A stretch of DNA of 57,695 bases from an uncultured Oscillospiraceae bacterium. Its GTDB lineage: Bacteria; Bacillota; Clostridia; Oscillospirales; Ruminococcaceae. Below are positions 42,859-52,380 of the stretch, one piece after another. The notes beneath the pieces are model-generated. The model had not been told where the DNA came from. It saw only the letters and a program-made list of their open reading frames with translations, and did no database searches. The stretch covers positions 1 through 57,695 of the forward strand of contig CAZLMO010000001.1 of NCBI GenBank assembly GCA_964560915.1, read 5' to 3'. The position numbers were made by a program, and so were the translations under genes. How positions within the stretch are numbered: position 1 is the stretch's first letter; each line of letters starts with the position of its first letter.

Positions 42859-43371
42859 ATGGAACAAATACCAACAACGTCCGATAGTCAACGTAAGATG
42901 CTAGACGAAGGCGTCTTCATATTAAAAGATAGTGGTGAACGAATGGTATTTCCAAGCGGTGCTGTACGTGATATTCAAGAAGGAAAGGGTCGCTGTGATC
43001 TTCTTCCTTTAGATATTGTAGGCCGTATTGTTGGAGGCTCGGAACTTAAGAATATTGAAAAATTTAAAAAAGATAAAGATGTTGAGCACTTATTCGCCGC
43101 GATTCTTGATTTTTCCGATAGAACCGGAATGGACATTTGCACATTAATGTTAGAAGCAAGTAAACAATTTGAAAGTGGAGCTATAAAATATGGCGACAAT
43201 AATTGGAAATTGGGTATGGATTTACATTGTTATATTAGTTCTGGGTCGCGCCATTTGCTTCAATATATACGCGGGGACGTAGATGAGCCGCACGATCGTG
43301 CCTTTGTATGGAATATGATATGCGCGATTTGGACGATTACCTATTTACCAGACTTTGATGATATTAAATAA
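42859..43371 (+). CDS. putative dATP/dGTP diphosphohydrolase-like domain protein
   Basis: GAIKYGDNNWKLGM...SGSRHLLQY...DEPHDRAFVWNMICAIW resembles the phage nucleotide pyrophosphohydrolase N-terminal domain (DUF5664-type). From memory; unverified. Confidence 0.4.
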   Translation: MEQIPTTSDSQRKMLDEGVFILKDSGERMVFPSGAVRDIQEGKGRCDLLPLDIVGRIVGGSELKNIEKFKKDKDVEHLFAAILDFSDRTGMDICTLMLEASKQFESGAIKYGDNNWKLGMDLHCYISSGSRHLLQYIRGDVDEPHDRAFVWNMICAIWTITYLPDFDDIK

Positions 43372-43383
43372 GGAGACGAAATA

Positions 43384-43872
43384 ATGCAATTTGCTGGTAC
43401 AATTGAATTTCAAGGACAAAAATTAAATGTTTGGGGATCGATGCAGCAGCCATGCTTTGCTGTAAACGAGGTAGCTAAGCTTCTTGGGTATACCACGGAG
43501 GCTCAAATTTTTGAAATGCTTAAAGGTCGGGAGAGAGACGAGGTTTTTCAAACGATTATAAAGCCGTTAATGCCCGTTGACCCCTTTGACCTTGGCGTTT
43601 CTATGCCGCCACTACCTGAATTGATGTTTACCGAAATCGGATTATACAATACTTTGAGCCGATCAACCAAACCGCTCGCTCGTGTATGGCGTCGAACAAT
43701 ACTTAATCAGTTGATTAAAGCCCGAAAGACCAAAAGATTAACGGTTGCAGAACAGTTTGAAGAGTGGGACGCAATGGCGGATACGGTTTATGTGGATCCA
43801 ATAACCGGAATTTTAATGCGGTCGGTAACGGTAGCCGGCGGAGGCGTTGAGCAGGTGCCTTATGTTAAATAA
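43384..43872 (+). CDS. BRO-N/antirepressor-like DNA-binding protein
   Basis: The N-terminal FQGQKLNVWGSMQQPCFAVNEVAKLLGY fits the Bro-N pattern (F....v......WF.a.dVa..LGY). Confidence 0.4.
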   Translation: MQFAGTIEFQGQKLNVWGSMQQPCFAVNEVAKLLGYTTEAQIFEMLKGRERDEVFQTIIKPLMPVDPFDLGVSMPPLPELMFTEIGLYNTLSRSTKPLARVWRRTILNQLIKARKTKRLTVAEQFEEWDAMADTVYVDPITGILMRSVTVAGGGVEQVPYVK

Positions 43873-43898
43873 TAACGAATTGTTCGCAGTAGGGTGGG

Positions 43899-44159
43899 AT
43901 GAAAATGGGCATTAGCATCTTTCCTGTAGGTCAAAAAATATCAGTTATTCTCGTTAAAACTTCAAATTCCGTTGAGGCGGAGGCGATATATCTCGGCGCT
44001 CACGCTTTTAAAGAGGCCGGAAAGATAATTAGTGATCCAGATCAAAAGTTAAACGTTCGTATAACCAATGTGCATTTCCACTACATCGAGGATCTTGAAG
44101 AGGGCCCTCAATATTCGGTACATATCGACGGAGAGGTTGTGAAAAGTGAAAAACACTAA
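43899..44159 (+). CDS. hypothetical protein (86 aa)
   Basis: ORF with a GGGTGGG RBS-like sequence. The exact start is uncertain (43899 or 43905). Confidence 0.4.
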   Translation: MKMGISIFPVGQKISVILVKTSNSVEAEAIYLGAHAFKEAGKIISDPDQKLNVRITNVHFHYIEDLEEGPQYSVHIDGEVVKSEKH

Positions 44160-45093
44160 CTTCCGTCCCCCCGAATCCTTTCTACCAAATACCGAAAGCA
44201 CTCTAGTTCTTGTGGATTGGGCAAACCTTATGTATCGTGCCTGGTTTGTATCAAGAGAACAGCCGTGGGTAGCATTTTGTAAGTTCTTTGATATGCTCCG
44301 CTTGTGTATACACAAGTCTAAACAACCCAACGTTCCAATAAATGTGATATTTGCGGGCGAAAGTCGGACAATACTAAAGCGTACACAACTTTTCTCCGAG
44401 TACAAAGGTACTCGAAAGCGCCCAAAAAATGAGGATTTCGTGATATTTCGTAAAACAATTGAAAGTTATATTGAAAAGCTTGGATACGTGTTGGTTAGAA
44501 TTGGTGGTGCTGAAGCGGACGATGTTATTGCAAGTATTGTACAGCAGGTTTGTTATCGTCCATCAGTCAACTGTACATCCGGATCTAAAAATACGACGGA
44601 CGTTATAATATTCTCTGGAGATCGAGATCTACAACAACTTCTGGCCTGGGAAAGGGTTTTGATATATCGAGCACCGGGGTTATTTGTTGATGTGGCGACT
44701 TTTGAAGAAGAAAACGGTATTCCAATCGAAAAATATTGTATTTATAAAGCTTTACTTGGGGATAAGTCGGACAACATACTCGGGGTAAAGGGATTTGGTC
44801 CTGTTAAGGCAAAAAAATCAATTAATGAAAACTCGGTTGCGGCGGATGTTTGGGACAGTGGTGGTCATGAGGCGGCTTCAACATTTAAGTTAGCACTTAA
44901 TTTAGTTAACTTAGATACAAAATTAGATATTAATTTTGCCAATCTTTATATTGGGGCGCCAAAGTTTGACGAAAAACAGTTCGATGCAAAGTTAGACCGA
45001 CGTGTTTTATTTGAAATTAAAAGATTTGCAGAGGAGTTTGATACAAATGAGTCTGGGGCGCAATCGATTACCGACCCAACAACAGTGTTATAG
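44146..45093 (+). CDS. 5'-3' exonuclease / flap endonuclease (Pol I N-terminal-type)
   Basis: LVLVDWANLMYRAWF, GGAEADDVIASI, FSGDRDLQQL and LLGDKSDNILGVKGFGPVKA match the FEN/5'-3' exonuclease motifs. Confidence 0.8.
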   Translation: MKNTNFRPPESFLPNTESTLVLVDWANLMYRAWFVSREQPWVAFCKFFDMLRLCIHKSKQPNVPINVIFAGESRTILKRTQLFSEYKGTRKRPKNEDFVIFRKTIESYIEKLGYVLVRIGGAEADDVIASIVQQVCYRPSVNCTSGSKNTTDVIIFSGDRDLQQLLAWERVLIYRAPGLFVDVATFEEENGIPIEKYCIYKALLGDKSDNILGVKGFGPVKAKKSINENSVAADVWDSGGHEAASTFKLALNLVNLDTKLDINFANLYIGAPKFDEKQFDAKLDRRVLFEIKRFAEEFDTNESGAQSITDPTTVL

Positions 45094-45286
45094 ACTTTGG
45101 TATTATCAAGATATCAATCGCTTTGTAGATGAAGAGGGTCATGTTATTCATAACTTTGCCGAAGTGTTTGATGTGTGGCAACTTGATGAGTGGAAACGCA
45201 CACAAAGCTTTAACTTTATCCAAGATCGTCAGGGTGATTGGTGTGAGTTATGTTATGCAGAAAGGATGGGGGCCGTCTATGACTAA
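45047..45286 (+). CDS. hypothetical protein (79 aa)
   Basis: ATG lies 9 nt after GAGGAG. Overlaps the exonuclease 3' end by 47 nt. Confidence 0.4.
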   Translation: MSLGRNRLPTQQQCYRLWYYQDINRFVDEEGHVIHNFAEVFDVWQLDEWKRTQSFNFIQDRQGDWCELCYAERMGAVYD

Positions 45287-45683
45287 ACGAATTGAAAAAG
45301 AAGAACCAAAAACCTTAGTGTCGGCGCGCTATCTTCCTCGCCCCGAAATGATTAACCTAGAAATTACAGCAAAAAGTGACATTATGGATAGAATACAAGC
45401 ATATGATAAGTCCAGAAGGCTATGTGCACCAACTACCTCTATAATGGAAACCCCGTTGAAGGATGTAGTGATATCTGAGTATGAAGCTAGAATTTTGCAG
45501 TCTGAAAGGATTATATCGGACGTGATTAACCATTCTGAAGGGGTTAGAAACGCTATTCAAAAAGAAAATGAAAAAGACAAACTTGTATTAACGGCGTTGA
45601 AGTTCTTAGGATGCGGGTGTGATCTATGTTTAAACCATAATAATTGGAAGTGCCCTAAAATAAAAGAGGAGGAAGTAAAATGA
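45279..45683 (+). CDS. hypothetical protein (134 aa)
   Basis: ATG after AAAGGATGGGGG. Stop overlaps the next start. Confidence 0.5.
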   Translation: MTKRIEKEEPKTLVSARYLPRPEMINLEITAKSDIMDRIQAYDKSRRLCAPTTSIMETPLKDVVISEYEARILQSERIISDVINHSEGVRNAIQKENEKDKLVLTALKFLGCGCDLCLNHNNWKCPKIKEEEVK

Positions 45684-46030
45684 AATTTAAAGTTGGGGAT
45701 AAAGTTAGGCGTAATAACCCAAAGTATGATACGCTAACGGTCTTTGAGGTTGAAAAAATTGTAGACTTTCAAACAATAAGGTTAAAAGGGGAACATGGCG
45801 ACTATAGTTCAAATTTTTACGAACTTGCGGAAGAAAAATTTATATATTTCATTGAATTCGAAGAAGGAAATCGCTTTTCAAAAGCGGAGTTTGATGCGCC
45901 ATTAGAAGATGTGATTTTGAACCGAGAGTGTTTGAACCGAGAGTATAATCAGCAAGGGTTTACTTTCATCAAAAACAAAGAAGGATACTGGCTTAACTAT
46001 GCTTTAATTAAAGTTTTTAGAAGGGTTTGA
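45680..46030 (+). CDS. hypothetical protein (116 aa)
   Basis: RBS GAGGAGGAAG. Confidence 0.5.
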   Translation: MKFKVGDKVRRNNPKYDTLTVFEVEKIVDFQTIRLKGEHGDYSSNFYELAEEKFIYFIEFEEGNRFSKAEFDAPLEDVILNRECLNREYNQQGFTFIKNKEGYWLNYALIKVFRRV

Positions 46031-46043
46031 GGGAGGTAGGGGA

Positions 46044-46220
46044 ATGAGCGTTAAAACTTTTGTTGCTACTTTACGCGAAATCATCGAAACCCAAATTTGC
46101 ACCGAAAAAATAATGATGCAGACTGAGGAGCAAAAGATGTTGCGCATCAATGTGTTCGAAGAAGTGTTGGATATTTTAGATCATATGGAAAAATATTACT
46201 CGAAGGAGGAAGTAAAATGA
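46044..46220 (+). CDS. hypothetical protein (58 aa)
   Basis: Not in the ORF track. RBS GGGAGGTAGGGG. Ends with the same GGAGGAAGTAAAATGAAA junction as 45665-45685. Confidence 0.45.
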   Translation: MSVKTFVATLREIIETQICTEKIMMQTEEQKMLRINVFEEVLDILDHMEKYYSKEEVK

Positions 46221-47017
46221 AAAAGGTATTTTTTGGAACTGTAGTTTTTGGACTTGGTGCCGTTGCTGGATATTTCACTGCTAAAAAGATGCTTAGAACC
46301 CAATATCAAAACGATGTTGCAGAAGTTCAAGCATTCTATTATCAAAAACTTGAGGAATTGGGCGTTATGGAAGAAGGTTTTGATCCTCTAGACGATAACG
46401 AAGAAGAGGAAGAGGTTGAGGATGATCCTGCTTCGGAGCTTATTACGGCATACCGGGCCGACGGACGGAAGCTTCATTACGATTATACCAAACCGCCGCT
46501 TGGAGATTTAAGACGGAAAATAGTTAGTGGTAGTGTTTTGGTTGAACCAAATGGTGAAGAATTATTGGGCGTTATTGATGATGACGAGGAAGACGAGTAT
46601 ATAGACGCCGAGTACGAAGCCGAACTTGAACAATCTGCCGAAGACTTCATGCGTCGACAAACAGAGAATATGCAGAAAGGCGAACCATATTTGATCGATG
46701 CTGACGAGTATCATCAAGGACCTAAAGAATATGAACGCCAAGCACTGTATTATTATGTCGAAGATCGTGTGCTTTGTGAAGATAATGATGAAGAAGTGGA
46801 CGATGAAGAAGCATGTGTGGGCCTGGACTACGAGGACAAACTTACAATGCAGACAACCTGTTGGGTTCGAAACGATACGTTGAAGATGCTTTATGAAATT
46901 CATCGTATTGATGATTCATTTAAGCGAGCGGTATTAGGAATTGTCGAGACGCCACGGGAACGCGAATTCCGAATTCAAGGACGACGGAAAAAAGGAATGG
47001 ATAATCATAAAAAGTAA
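46217..47017 (+). CDS. acidic membrane-anchored protein (266 aa)
   Basis: N-terminal TM helix VFFGTVVFGLGAVAGYF followed by long acidic tracts. Confidence 0.5.
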   Translation: MKKVFFGTVVFGLGAVAGYFTAKKMLRTQYQNDVAEVQAFYYQKLEELGVMEEGFDPLDDNEEEEEVEDDPASELITAYRADGRKLHYDYTKPPLGDLRRKIVSGSVLVEPNGEELLGVIDDDEEDEYIDAEYEAELEQSAEDFMRRQTENMQKGEPYLIDADEYHQGPKEYERQALYYYVEDRVLCEDNDEEVDDEEACVGLDYEDKLTMQTTCWVRNDTLKMLYEIHRIDDSFKRAVLGIVETPREREFRIQGRRKKGMDNHKK

Positions 47018-47018
47018 T

Positions 47019-47045
47019 GCAATAAAAACACCTCCTATAATGAGA
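47019..47045 (+). promoter_or_regulatory. phage promoter-like motif copy 17
   Basis: GCAATAAAAACACCTCC-TATAAT-GAGA. Confidence 0.6.
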
Positions 47046-47077
47046 ACGATAGTTCAAAACAATAGGAGGAATTTAAA

Positions 47078-47134
47078 ATGTTAGAGATTATAGCATTAGT
47101 AGTTGTACTGGTTGCAGTGGATTTTATCGGATAG
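47078..47134 (+). CDS. 18-aa hydrophobic micro-protein (or the unit is a small RNA)
   Basis: RBS TAGGAGGAA 7 nt upstream. Sequence MLEIIALVVVLVAVDFIG. The unit is bounded by a promoter motif and a terminator. Confidence 0.3.
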   Translation: MLEIIALVVVLVAVDFIG

Positions 47135-47167
47135 ATAGGGATTTAAAAGTCCTTGTCTATTTTTTTG
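47131..47167 (+). terminator. intrinsic terminator
   Basis: 11-bp stem ATAGATAGGGA / TCCTTGTCTAT (two G-U pairs) followed by T7. Confidence 0.65.
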
Positions 47168-47222
47168 CTTATAGAAACTAGGGAGACTTGTTAGGGTTGA
47201 CGTACGGAAGAAAGGAGATATC

Positions 47223-47774
47223 ATGGGTAGATCAAATGCGGAAAACGAATATATAACTTGGTTGGTTGAGGAAATGAACGTTGTTCCATATAAAAACTAT
47301 GGTATGTTATTAAGAGAATTATATCGATATGAGTTCTATGGCGTTGTTAAGTATGATGAGGACCGCGGTGCCGATGGACTTGTGTTGAGAGAGACATGGG
47401 CCGATGATGTTGGTTATACCGGTGATATTTTCTTCGGTCCACCCAGAGTTTTAGAAACGCTTATTGGTATAAGTTTAAGAATGGAAAGTCAGATTTTTGG
47501 TGGGCCCTGGGCAGATGAATGGGACTATAAAAGAATCTTCTGGGACCTGGTAAACAATCTTGGTTTAGTCAAGTATGATGAAATTTTAAGCTCCTCTGAT
47601 TATGAAGAGATTGGTACAGTTTTAGATCAATTTCTATCAAAAGTGTCACGGCGTGACAGTTTTCCTAATATTTTCAAATTTTGTGTCACTCCAAAGAACC
47701 TACGAAAAATGAACCTTTGGAACCAAATGCACCTATATATTAGTGAAAAGTGGCCTGGAAACACTTATTTGTAA
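47223..47774 (+). CDS. hypothetical protein (183 aa)
   Basis: RBS GAAAGGAGA. Conserved-looking phage protein with no assignable function. Confidence 0.5.
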   Translation: MGRSNAENEYITWLVEEMNVVPYKNYGMLLRELYRYEFYGVVKYDEDRGADGLVLRETWADDVGYTGDIFFGPPRVLETLIGISLRMESQIFGGPWADEWDYKRIFWDLVNNLGLVKYDEILSSSDYEEIGTVLDQFLSKVSRRDSFPNIFKFCVTPKNLRKMNLWNQMHLYISEKWPGNTYL

Positions 47775-47925
47775 GAATGGTGATACGAAATTACGTGTTT
47801 TTCACTCCTGTTATATTTATTCGTAGATTTTTTTTTATTAAAAATATTATATAGAGTAATAGGGAAATGTTACAAAAACGTGTAATTTTGAAACAGAGAT
47901 AAATATACAGAAAGGAGGATAAGTT
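47775..47925 (+). promoter_or_regulatory. AT-rich intergenic region with imperfect inverted repeat (candidate regulatory/origin region)
   Basis: GAAATTACGTGTTTTT (47787-47802) and AAAAACGTGTAATTTT (47874-47889) are inverted copies matching at 14 of 16 positions, both containing ACGTGT. T9 and A/T tracts lie between them. The region sits directly upstream of the replicase gene. Confidence 0.25.
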
Positions 47926-50900
47926 TTGGACTTCATTAAGGTCTATACGCGAGAGTCTAAGAATACGAGTAAAAATCGCGATGCTGGAACAACCGAGGTT
48001 TCTATCGATTTTAAAGTGTTTAATACTAAAGATTTAATGACCCGCGGTCACTCTTTTTATGCGGTTTATGATCCTAGTAAAACATTATGGTCTAAAGATG
48101 AAATGGCAGTTGTTCAACTCGTTGATGCAGAAATTATGAAAGTTGTTAATAAACTCCAAGAAGCAGACAAGCCCGTTACTTACGGATTGATGGAAGACTA
48201 CCAATCCGGTAATTGGCAAAAATATACCTCTTATATTAAAAACATGCCAGATAACTGGGTCCCTCTCGATGAAAAGATTCATTTTGCTAATGACAAACTT
48301 ACTCGAGATTCACATGCGACTCGTCGACTTCCGTACTCTCGTCAAGCCGGATCAATTGAAAACTATGATAAACTTATGTCAGTTTTATATTCTCCAACAG
48401 AACGGGATAAACTCGAGTGGGCTGTTGGGGCAATTTTAACCGGCGATAGTAGACATATTCAAAAATTTATCACTCTATATGGAACTACAGGAAGTGGAAA
48501 GTCTACTTTTCTTAATATTGTACAGAAACTTGTCGAAGGGTACTATATCTCATTTAACGCAAAATCGTTGGTTGGAAATGATGCATTTGGAGCAGAAATA
48601 TTTAAGTTTAATCCTTTAGTTGCTATCCAACACGATGGTGATTTATCAAAAATTGAAGATAATAGTACCCTTAATTCTATCATTTCTCATGAAGATATTG
48701 TAATCAACGAAAAACATAAATCTAAATACACTTATCGATCCTTATGTTTCTTATTTCTTGGAACAAATAAACCGGTGGCCATTTCAGACTCAAAGTCAGG
48801 ATTACTCAGAAGATTAATTGATGTACATCCATCTGGAGAGAAGGTCTCAAAAAATGAATATTCACGATTGGTAAAAAATATTAATTTTGAATTGGGCGCG
48901 ATTGCGGACTATTGCATTGTTAAATATTTAAAAATGGGAGAAGACTATTATCAAAACTACCAACCAAAGGAGATGATGTTTGAAACCAACACATTATATA
49001 ATTTTGTATTTGAGAATTTTTTAGTTCTTGAAAATGGTGAATACTTTCAATTACGACAATTATATGATATGTATAAACGGTATTGTGACGATAGTGGAGA
49101 ACAGTTTCCTTTAAAGAAGCGCGTGTTTCGTGCTGAAATGAAATCATATTTTGAATCGTTTCACGATATTGCTAGACTTGATGATGGTAAGCAAGTTCGC
49201 TCTATCTATCGCGGATTTAAAGGTGATATTTTCAATCCAGGTCAAAAAGACAAAGACGCCGAACCAGTCGATACGGGGTGGTTACACATCGACAAAACAG
49301 AATCATTGTTTGATAAAACTTTTGCGAATATTCCTGCGCAATACGCCAATGATGCGGGTACCCCAGAACATCGCTGGGTTAATTGCTCCACAACTCTTAA
49401 AGATGTTGATACTTCCAAACTTCATTATGTGTTAGGAATGCCTGAAAACCATATAGTTATTGATTTTGATATTCCTGGAGATGATGGAGAAAAATCGTTA
49501 GTTAAGAACTTAGAAGAAGCTAATAAATGGCCGCCAACGTATTCGGAACTTAGTAAATCCGGAGCAGGAATACATCTTCATTATATGTGGGAAGGAGGAA
49601 GAGTCTCCGAACTTAAGCGACTATATGCTCCTGGAATTGAAGTTAAGGTTTTTACTGGAAACTCTAGTTTGCGTAGAAAATTAACTTGGTGTAACACAGA
49701 ACCAATTGCTTGTCTTACCTCTGGGCTCGAATATGATGAAAAGAAAGGAGGAGATACTTTGTTGAATAAGAAAAACGTTGAAGACGAAAAGCATTTACGA
49801 ATAATGATCAAAAAATGTATGAATAAAGAGTTTCATGGATTTACTAAGCCAGAATGCGAGTTCATATATAAACTTCTTTCCGAAGCATATTCAAGCGGAA
49901 TGGTATATGATGTAAGTGATATGCGGGCCTCTGTTTTTGCATTTGCTGCATCCTCTTCACACCAAGCAGCAGCTTGCATCGACTTGGTGAATAAAATGAA
50001 GTGGGCATCAGAAGTCACACAAACGATTGGACCTCTTGCTGATGATAATGGAGAGATAGTATTTTATGACGTCGAGGTCTTTAAAAATTTATTTCTTATC
50101 TGCTATAAACTTAGAGGAAAGGGTCGAAAAATTGTTACATTAGTTAATCCCTCTCCATCAGAAGTAGGAAAACTATTCGGATTAAAACTCGTTGGTTATA
50201 ATAATAAGCGGTATGACGATCATATACTGTATGGGCGTTATCTTGGATACACGAATGAACAACTTTATGAGTTAAGTAAGAAAATCATTTCAAAAGAAGG
50301 ATCTGTTCATAGTGGATTTAGAGAAGCATATAATATTGCATTCACAGACATTTATGATTTCTGTTCAGAGAAAAAATCTCTTAAAAAATGGGAAATCGAG
50401 TTAGGGATTCCACATCAAGAATTAGAATTTGCCTTTGATGAACCTATTCCAGAAAAGTATTGGCCAAAAGTAATTGAATATTGCTCGAATGATGTTGTCG
50501 CATCTGAGGCGGTATTTGAACATCGGTATGCCGATTGGATCGCAAGAGAAATCTTGGCCGATTTAGCAGGCGGAACACCGAACATGACCACCAATCAATT
50601 GACTACAAGAATCGTGTTTGGAAACGATCGGAACCCCCAACTTGAGTATACTAACCTTGAAGAACTTTTCCCTGGATACGAGTTTGTGCGTGGCGACGAC
50701 AATAAAATGCATAACATGTATCGCGGAACAGATGTCGGTATGGGTGGCTACGTCTATGCGGAGCCAGGAATGTATTATGAAACAGCACTTCTGGATATTC
50801 AGAGTATGCATCCAACCAGTCTTATTAATATGAATTATTTTGGTAAGTACACACAGCGATATGCAGATCTTAAAGATGCTCGCGTAGCAATTAAAAACGG

Positions 50901-51891
50901 AAACTTTATTATGGCTAGAGCGATGCTTGATGGTAAATTGGCTCGATATTTAGATGATGAAAGTCAAGCAGAGGGACTATCATATGCATTAAAAATTGCA
51001 CTAAACAGTGCGTATGGTTTAACTAGTGCTTCATTTGATAATCCGATGAGAGATCGACGAAATAGTAATAATATTGTTGCTTTGCGGGGTGCGTTATTCA
51101 TGCGAACATTACAAGATGCGGTGCAAGCACGTGGGTTTACCGTAGCGCATATTAAGACCGACTCCATTAAAATTCCAAACGCAACTCCCGAAATTATTAA
51201 TTTTTGTAAAGAGTTTGCTCAGCAATATGGGTATATATTTGAGCACGAGGCAACATATGAAAAGTTTTGTTTAGTAAACAATGCTGTTTATATCGCTAAG
51301 TATGGTTGGGCTATGAAAAGAAATAAGATTGGAACATGGTCGGCCACTGGAGCGCAGTTCGCCGAGCCATTTTTATTCAAGAAGCTATTTTCAAAAGAAC
51401 CAATTGTGTTTGACGATTATAAGCAAACCAAAAGCGTTACCTCTCCTGCAGTAATGTATTTAGATTTCAACGAAGGTCTCCCAAAAGATGAGCATAATTA
51501 TCTTCATGTTGGCCGCGTTGGATCGTTTGTTCCTGTAGTCGATGGTGTTGGGGGTGGCGTTCTTTTACGCAAGAGCGGAGATACCTATACATCAGTCACC
51601 GGAACGAAAGGATATCGATGGAAAGAGAGCGAGGTTGTTAAAGCACTTGGAAATGAAGACCAAATTGCGTTATCATATTTTTATCGATTAATGGATGCCG
51701 CAATTACGTCAATAAAAACGTATGGCGCCATTTCAGATTTTTTAGATGATTGGGGGGAAACCGATGAGGAAGCAGACTATCCTATAGGTTTTAATGATAT
51801 CCCTCCGCTTCCTACCGTTGCATACGGTGTACTTATGAAAGAAGGAGACGATTATTATGGCTCAGACCGACAACCTAGAAGTGCGAATTGA
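47926..51891 (+). CDS. fused replicase: SF3 (D5/P4-like) helicase + AEP primase-polymerase-like domain + family B DNA polymerase with 3'-5' exonuclease
   Basis: TTG start after AAAGGAGGA. The P-loop is GTTGSGKST (aa ~186). The AEP motifs are VIDFD and SGAGIHLHY (aa ~510-552). The exonuclease motifs are YDVEVF, YNNKRYDDHIL and YCSNDV. PolB motif A is LDIQSMHPTS, motif B is KIALNSAYG and motif C is HIKTDSIKI. Confidence 0.75.
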   Translation: MDFIKVYTRESKNTSKNRDAGTTEVSIDFKVFNTKDLMTRGHSFYAVYDPSKTLWSKDEMAVVQLVDAEIMKVVNKLQEADKPVTYGLMEDYQSGNWQKYTSYIKNMPDNWVPLDEKIHFANDKLTRDSHATRRLPYSRQAGSIENYDKLMSVLYSPTERDKLEWAVGAILTGDSRHIQKFITLYGTTGSGKSTFLNIVQKLVEGYYISFNAKSLVGNDAFGAEIFKFNPLVAIQHDGDLSKIEDNSTLNSIISHEDIVINEKHKSKYTYRSLCFLFLGTNKPVAISDSKSGLLRRLIDVHPSGEKVSKNEYSRLVKNINFELGAIADYCIVKYLKMGEDYYQNYQPKEMMFETNTLYNFVFENFLVLENGEYFQLRQLYDMYKRYCDDSGEQFPLKKRVFRAEMKSYFESFHDIARLDDGKQVRSIYRGFKGDIFNPGQKDKDAEPVDTGWLHIDKTESLFDKTFANIPAQYANDAGTPEHRWVNCSTTLKDVDTSKLHYVLGMPENHIVIDFDIPGDDGEKSLVKNLEEANKWPPTYSELSKSGAGIHLHYMWEGGRVSELKRLYAPGIEVKVFTGNSSLRRKLTWCNTEPIACLTSGLEYDEKKGGDTLLNKKNVEDEKHLRIMIKKCMNKEFHGFTKPECEFIYKLLSEAYSSGMVYDVSDMRASVFAFAASSSHQAAACIDLVNKMKWASEVTQTIGPLADDNGEIVFYDVEVFKNLFLICYKLRGKGRKIVTLVNPSPSEVGKLFGLKLVGYNNKRYDDHILYGRYLGYTNEQLYELSKKIISKEGSVHSGFREAYNIAFTDIYDFCSEKKSLKKWEIELGIPHQELEFAFDEPIPEKYWPKVIEYCSNDVVASEAVFEHRYADWIAREILADLAGGTPNMTTNQLTTRIVFGNDRNPQLEYTNLEELFPGYEFVRGDDNKMHNMYRGTDVGMGGYVYAEPGMYYETALLDIQSMHPTSLINMNYFGKYTQRYADLKDARVAIKNGNFIMARAMLDGKLARYLDDESQAEGLSYALKIALNSAYGLTSASFDNPMRDRRNSNNIVALRGALFMRTLQDAVQARGFTVAHIKTDSIKIPNATPEIINFCKEFAQQYGYIFEHEATYEKFCLVNNAVYIAKYGWAMKRNKIGTWSATGAQFAEPFLFKKLFSKEPIVFDDYKQTKSVTSPAVMYLDFNEGLPKDEHNYLHVGRVGSFVPVVDGVGGGVLLRKSGDTYTSVTGTKGYRWKESEVVKALGNEDQIALSYFYRLMDAAITSIKTYGAISDFLDDWGETDEEADYPIGFNDIPPLPTVAYGVLMKEGDDYYGSDRQPRSAN

Positions 51892-52351
51892 CAACGCTCA
51901 AGTAATGTTTCGAAACTTTGCAGGGATAGCTAAAAAGTTTAATCAACCTGGCGATAGGAATTTTTGCATATTCCTGTCCGATGAGGTTGCTAAAAAGTTA
52001 GCGAAAGATGGATGGAATATTCGCTGGCTTACTTCGCGATCAGAAGAACCACCGCAGGCAATGCTTGCTGTGAAAGTTAATTTTGGAAACCGCCCACCAA
52101 ATATTGTAGTGGTGTCAGATGGAAAAATGACAAAACTCACGGAAGCCACAATTAAAGAACTTGACTTTGCCGAATTTAAGCAGGTCGATCTTATTCTAAG
52201 AGGTTATAAGTGGGACGTAAGTGGACAAAAAGGAGTAAAAGCCTATCTTAAATCTGGGTATTTTGTTCTTGTAGTTGATGAGTTGGCAAAGAAATACTCA
52301 ACTACCAGCGATTCTGACCAAGAGGAAGTTGTGGAATATGCAATAGAATAA
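51857..52351 (+). CDS. putative ssDNA-binding protein (T7 gp2.5-like)
   Basis: 164 aa between the polymerase and helicase genes. OB-fold-like pattern and an acidic C-terminal tail (SDSDQEEVVEYAIE). From memory of the gp2.5/DUF2815-type layout. Confidence 0.45.
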   Translation: MAQTDNLEVRIDNAQVMFRNFAGIAKKFNQPGDRNFCIFLSDEVAKKLAKDGWNIRWLTSRSEEPPQAMLAVKVNFGNRPPNIVVVSDGKMTKLTEATIKELDFAEFKQVDLILRGYKWDVSGQKGVKAYLKSGYFVLVVDELAKKYSTTSDSDQEEVVEYAIE

Positions 52352-52380
52352 GTTAGAAAATATGAAAAGGAGGTGAGAGT

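Noticed and set aside
45426-45449. Partial promoter-like match GCACCAACTACCTC-TATAAT-GGAA inside CDS 45279-45683.
   Set aside because: The G-to-hexamer spacing is 14 nt instead of the invariant 17, the A-rich upstream box is missing, and the match lies inside coding sequence.
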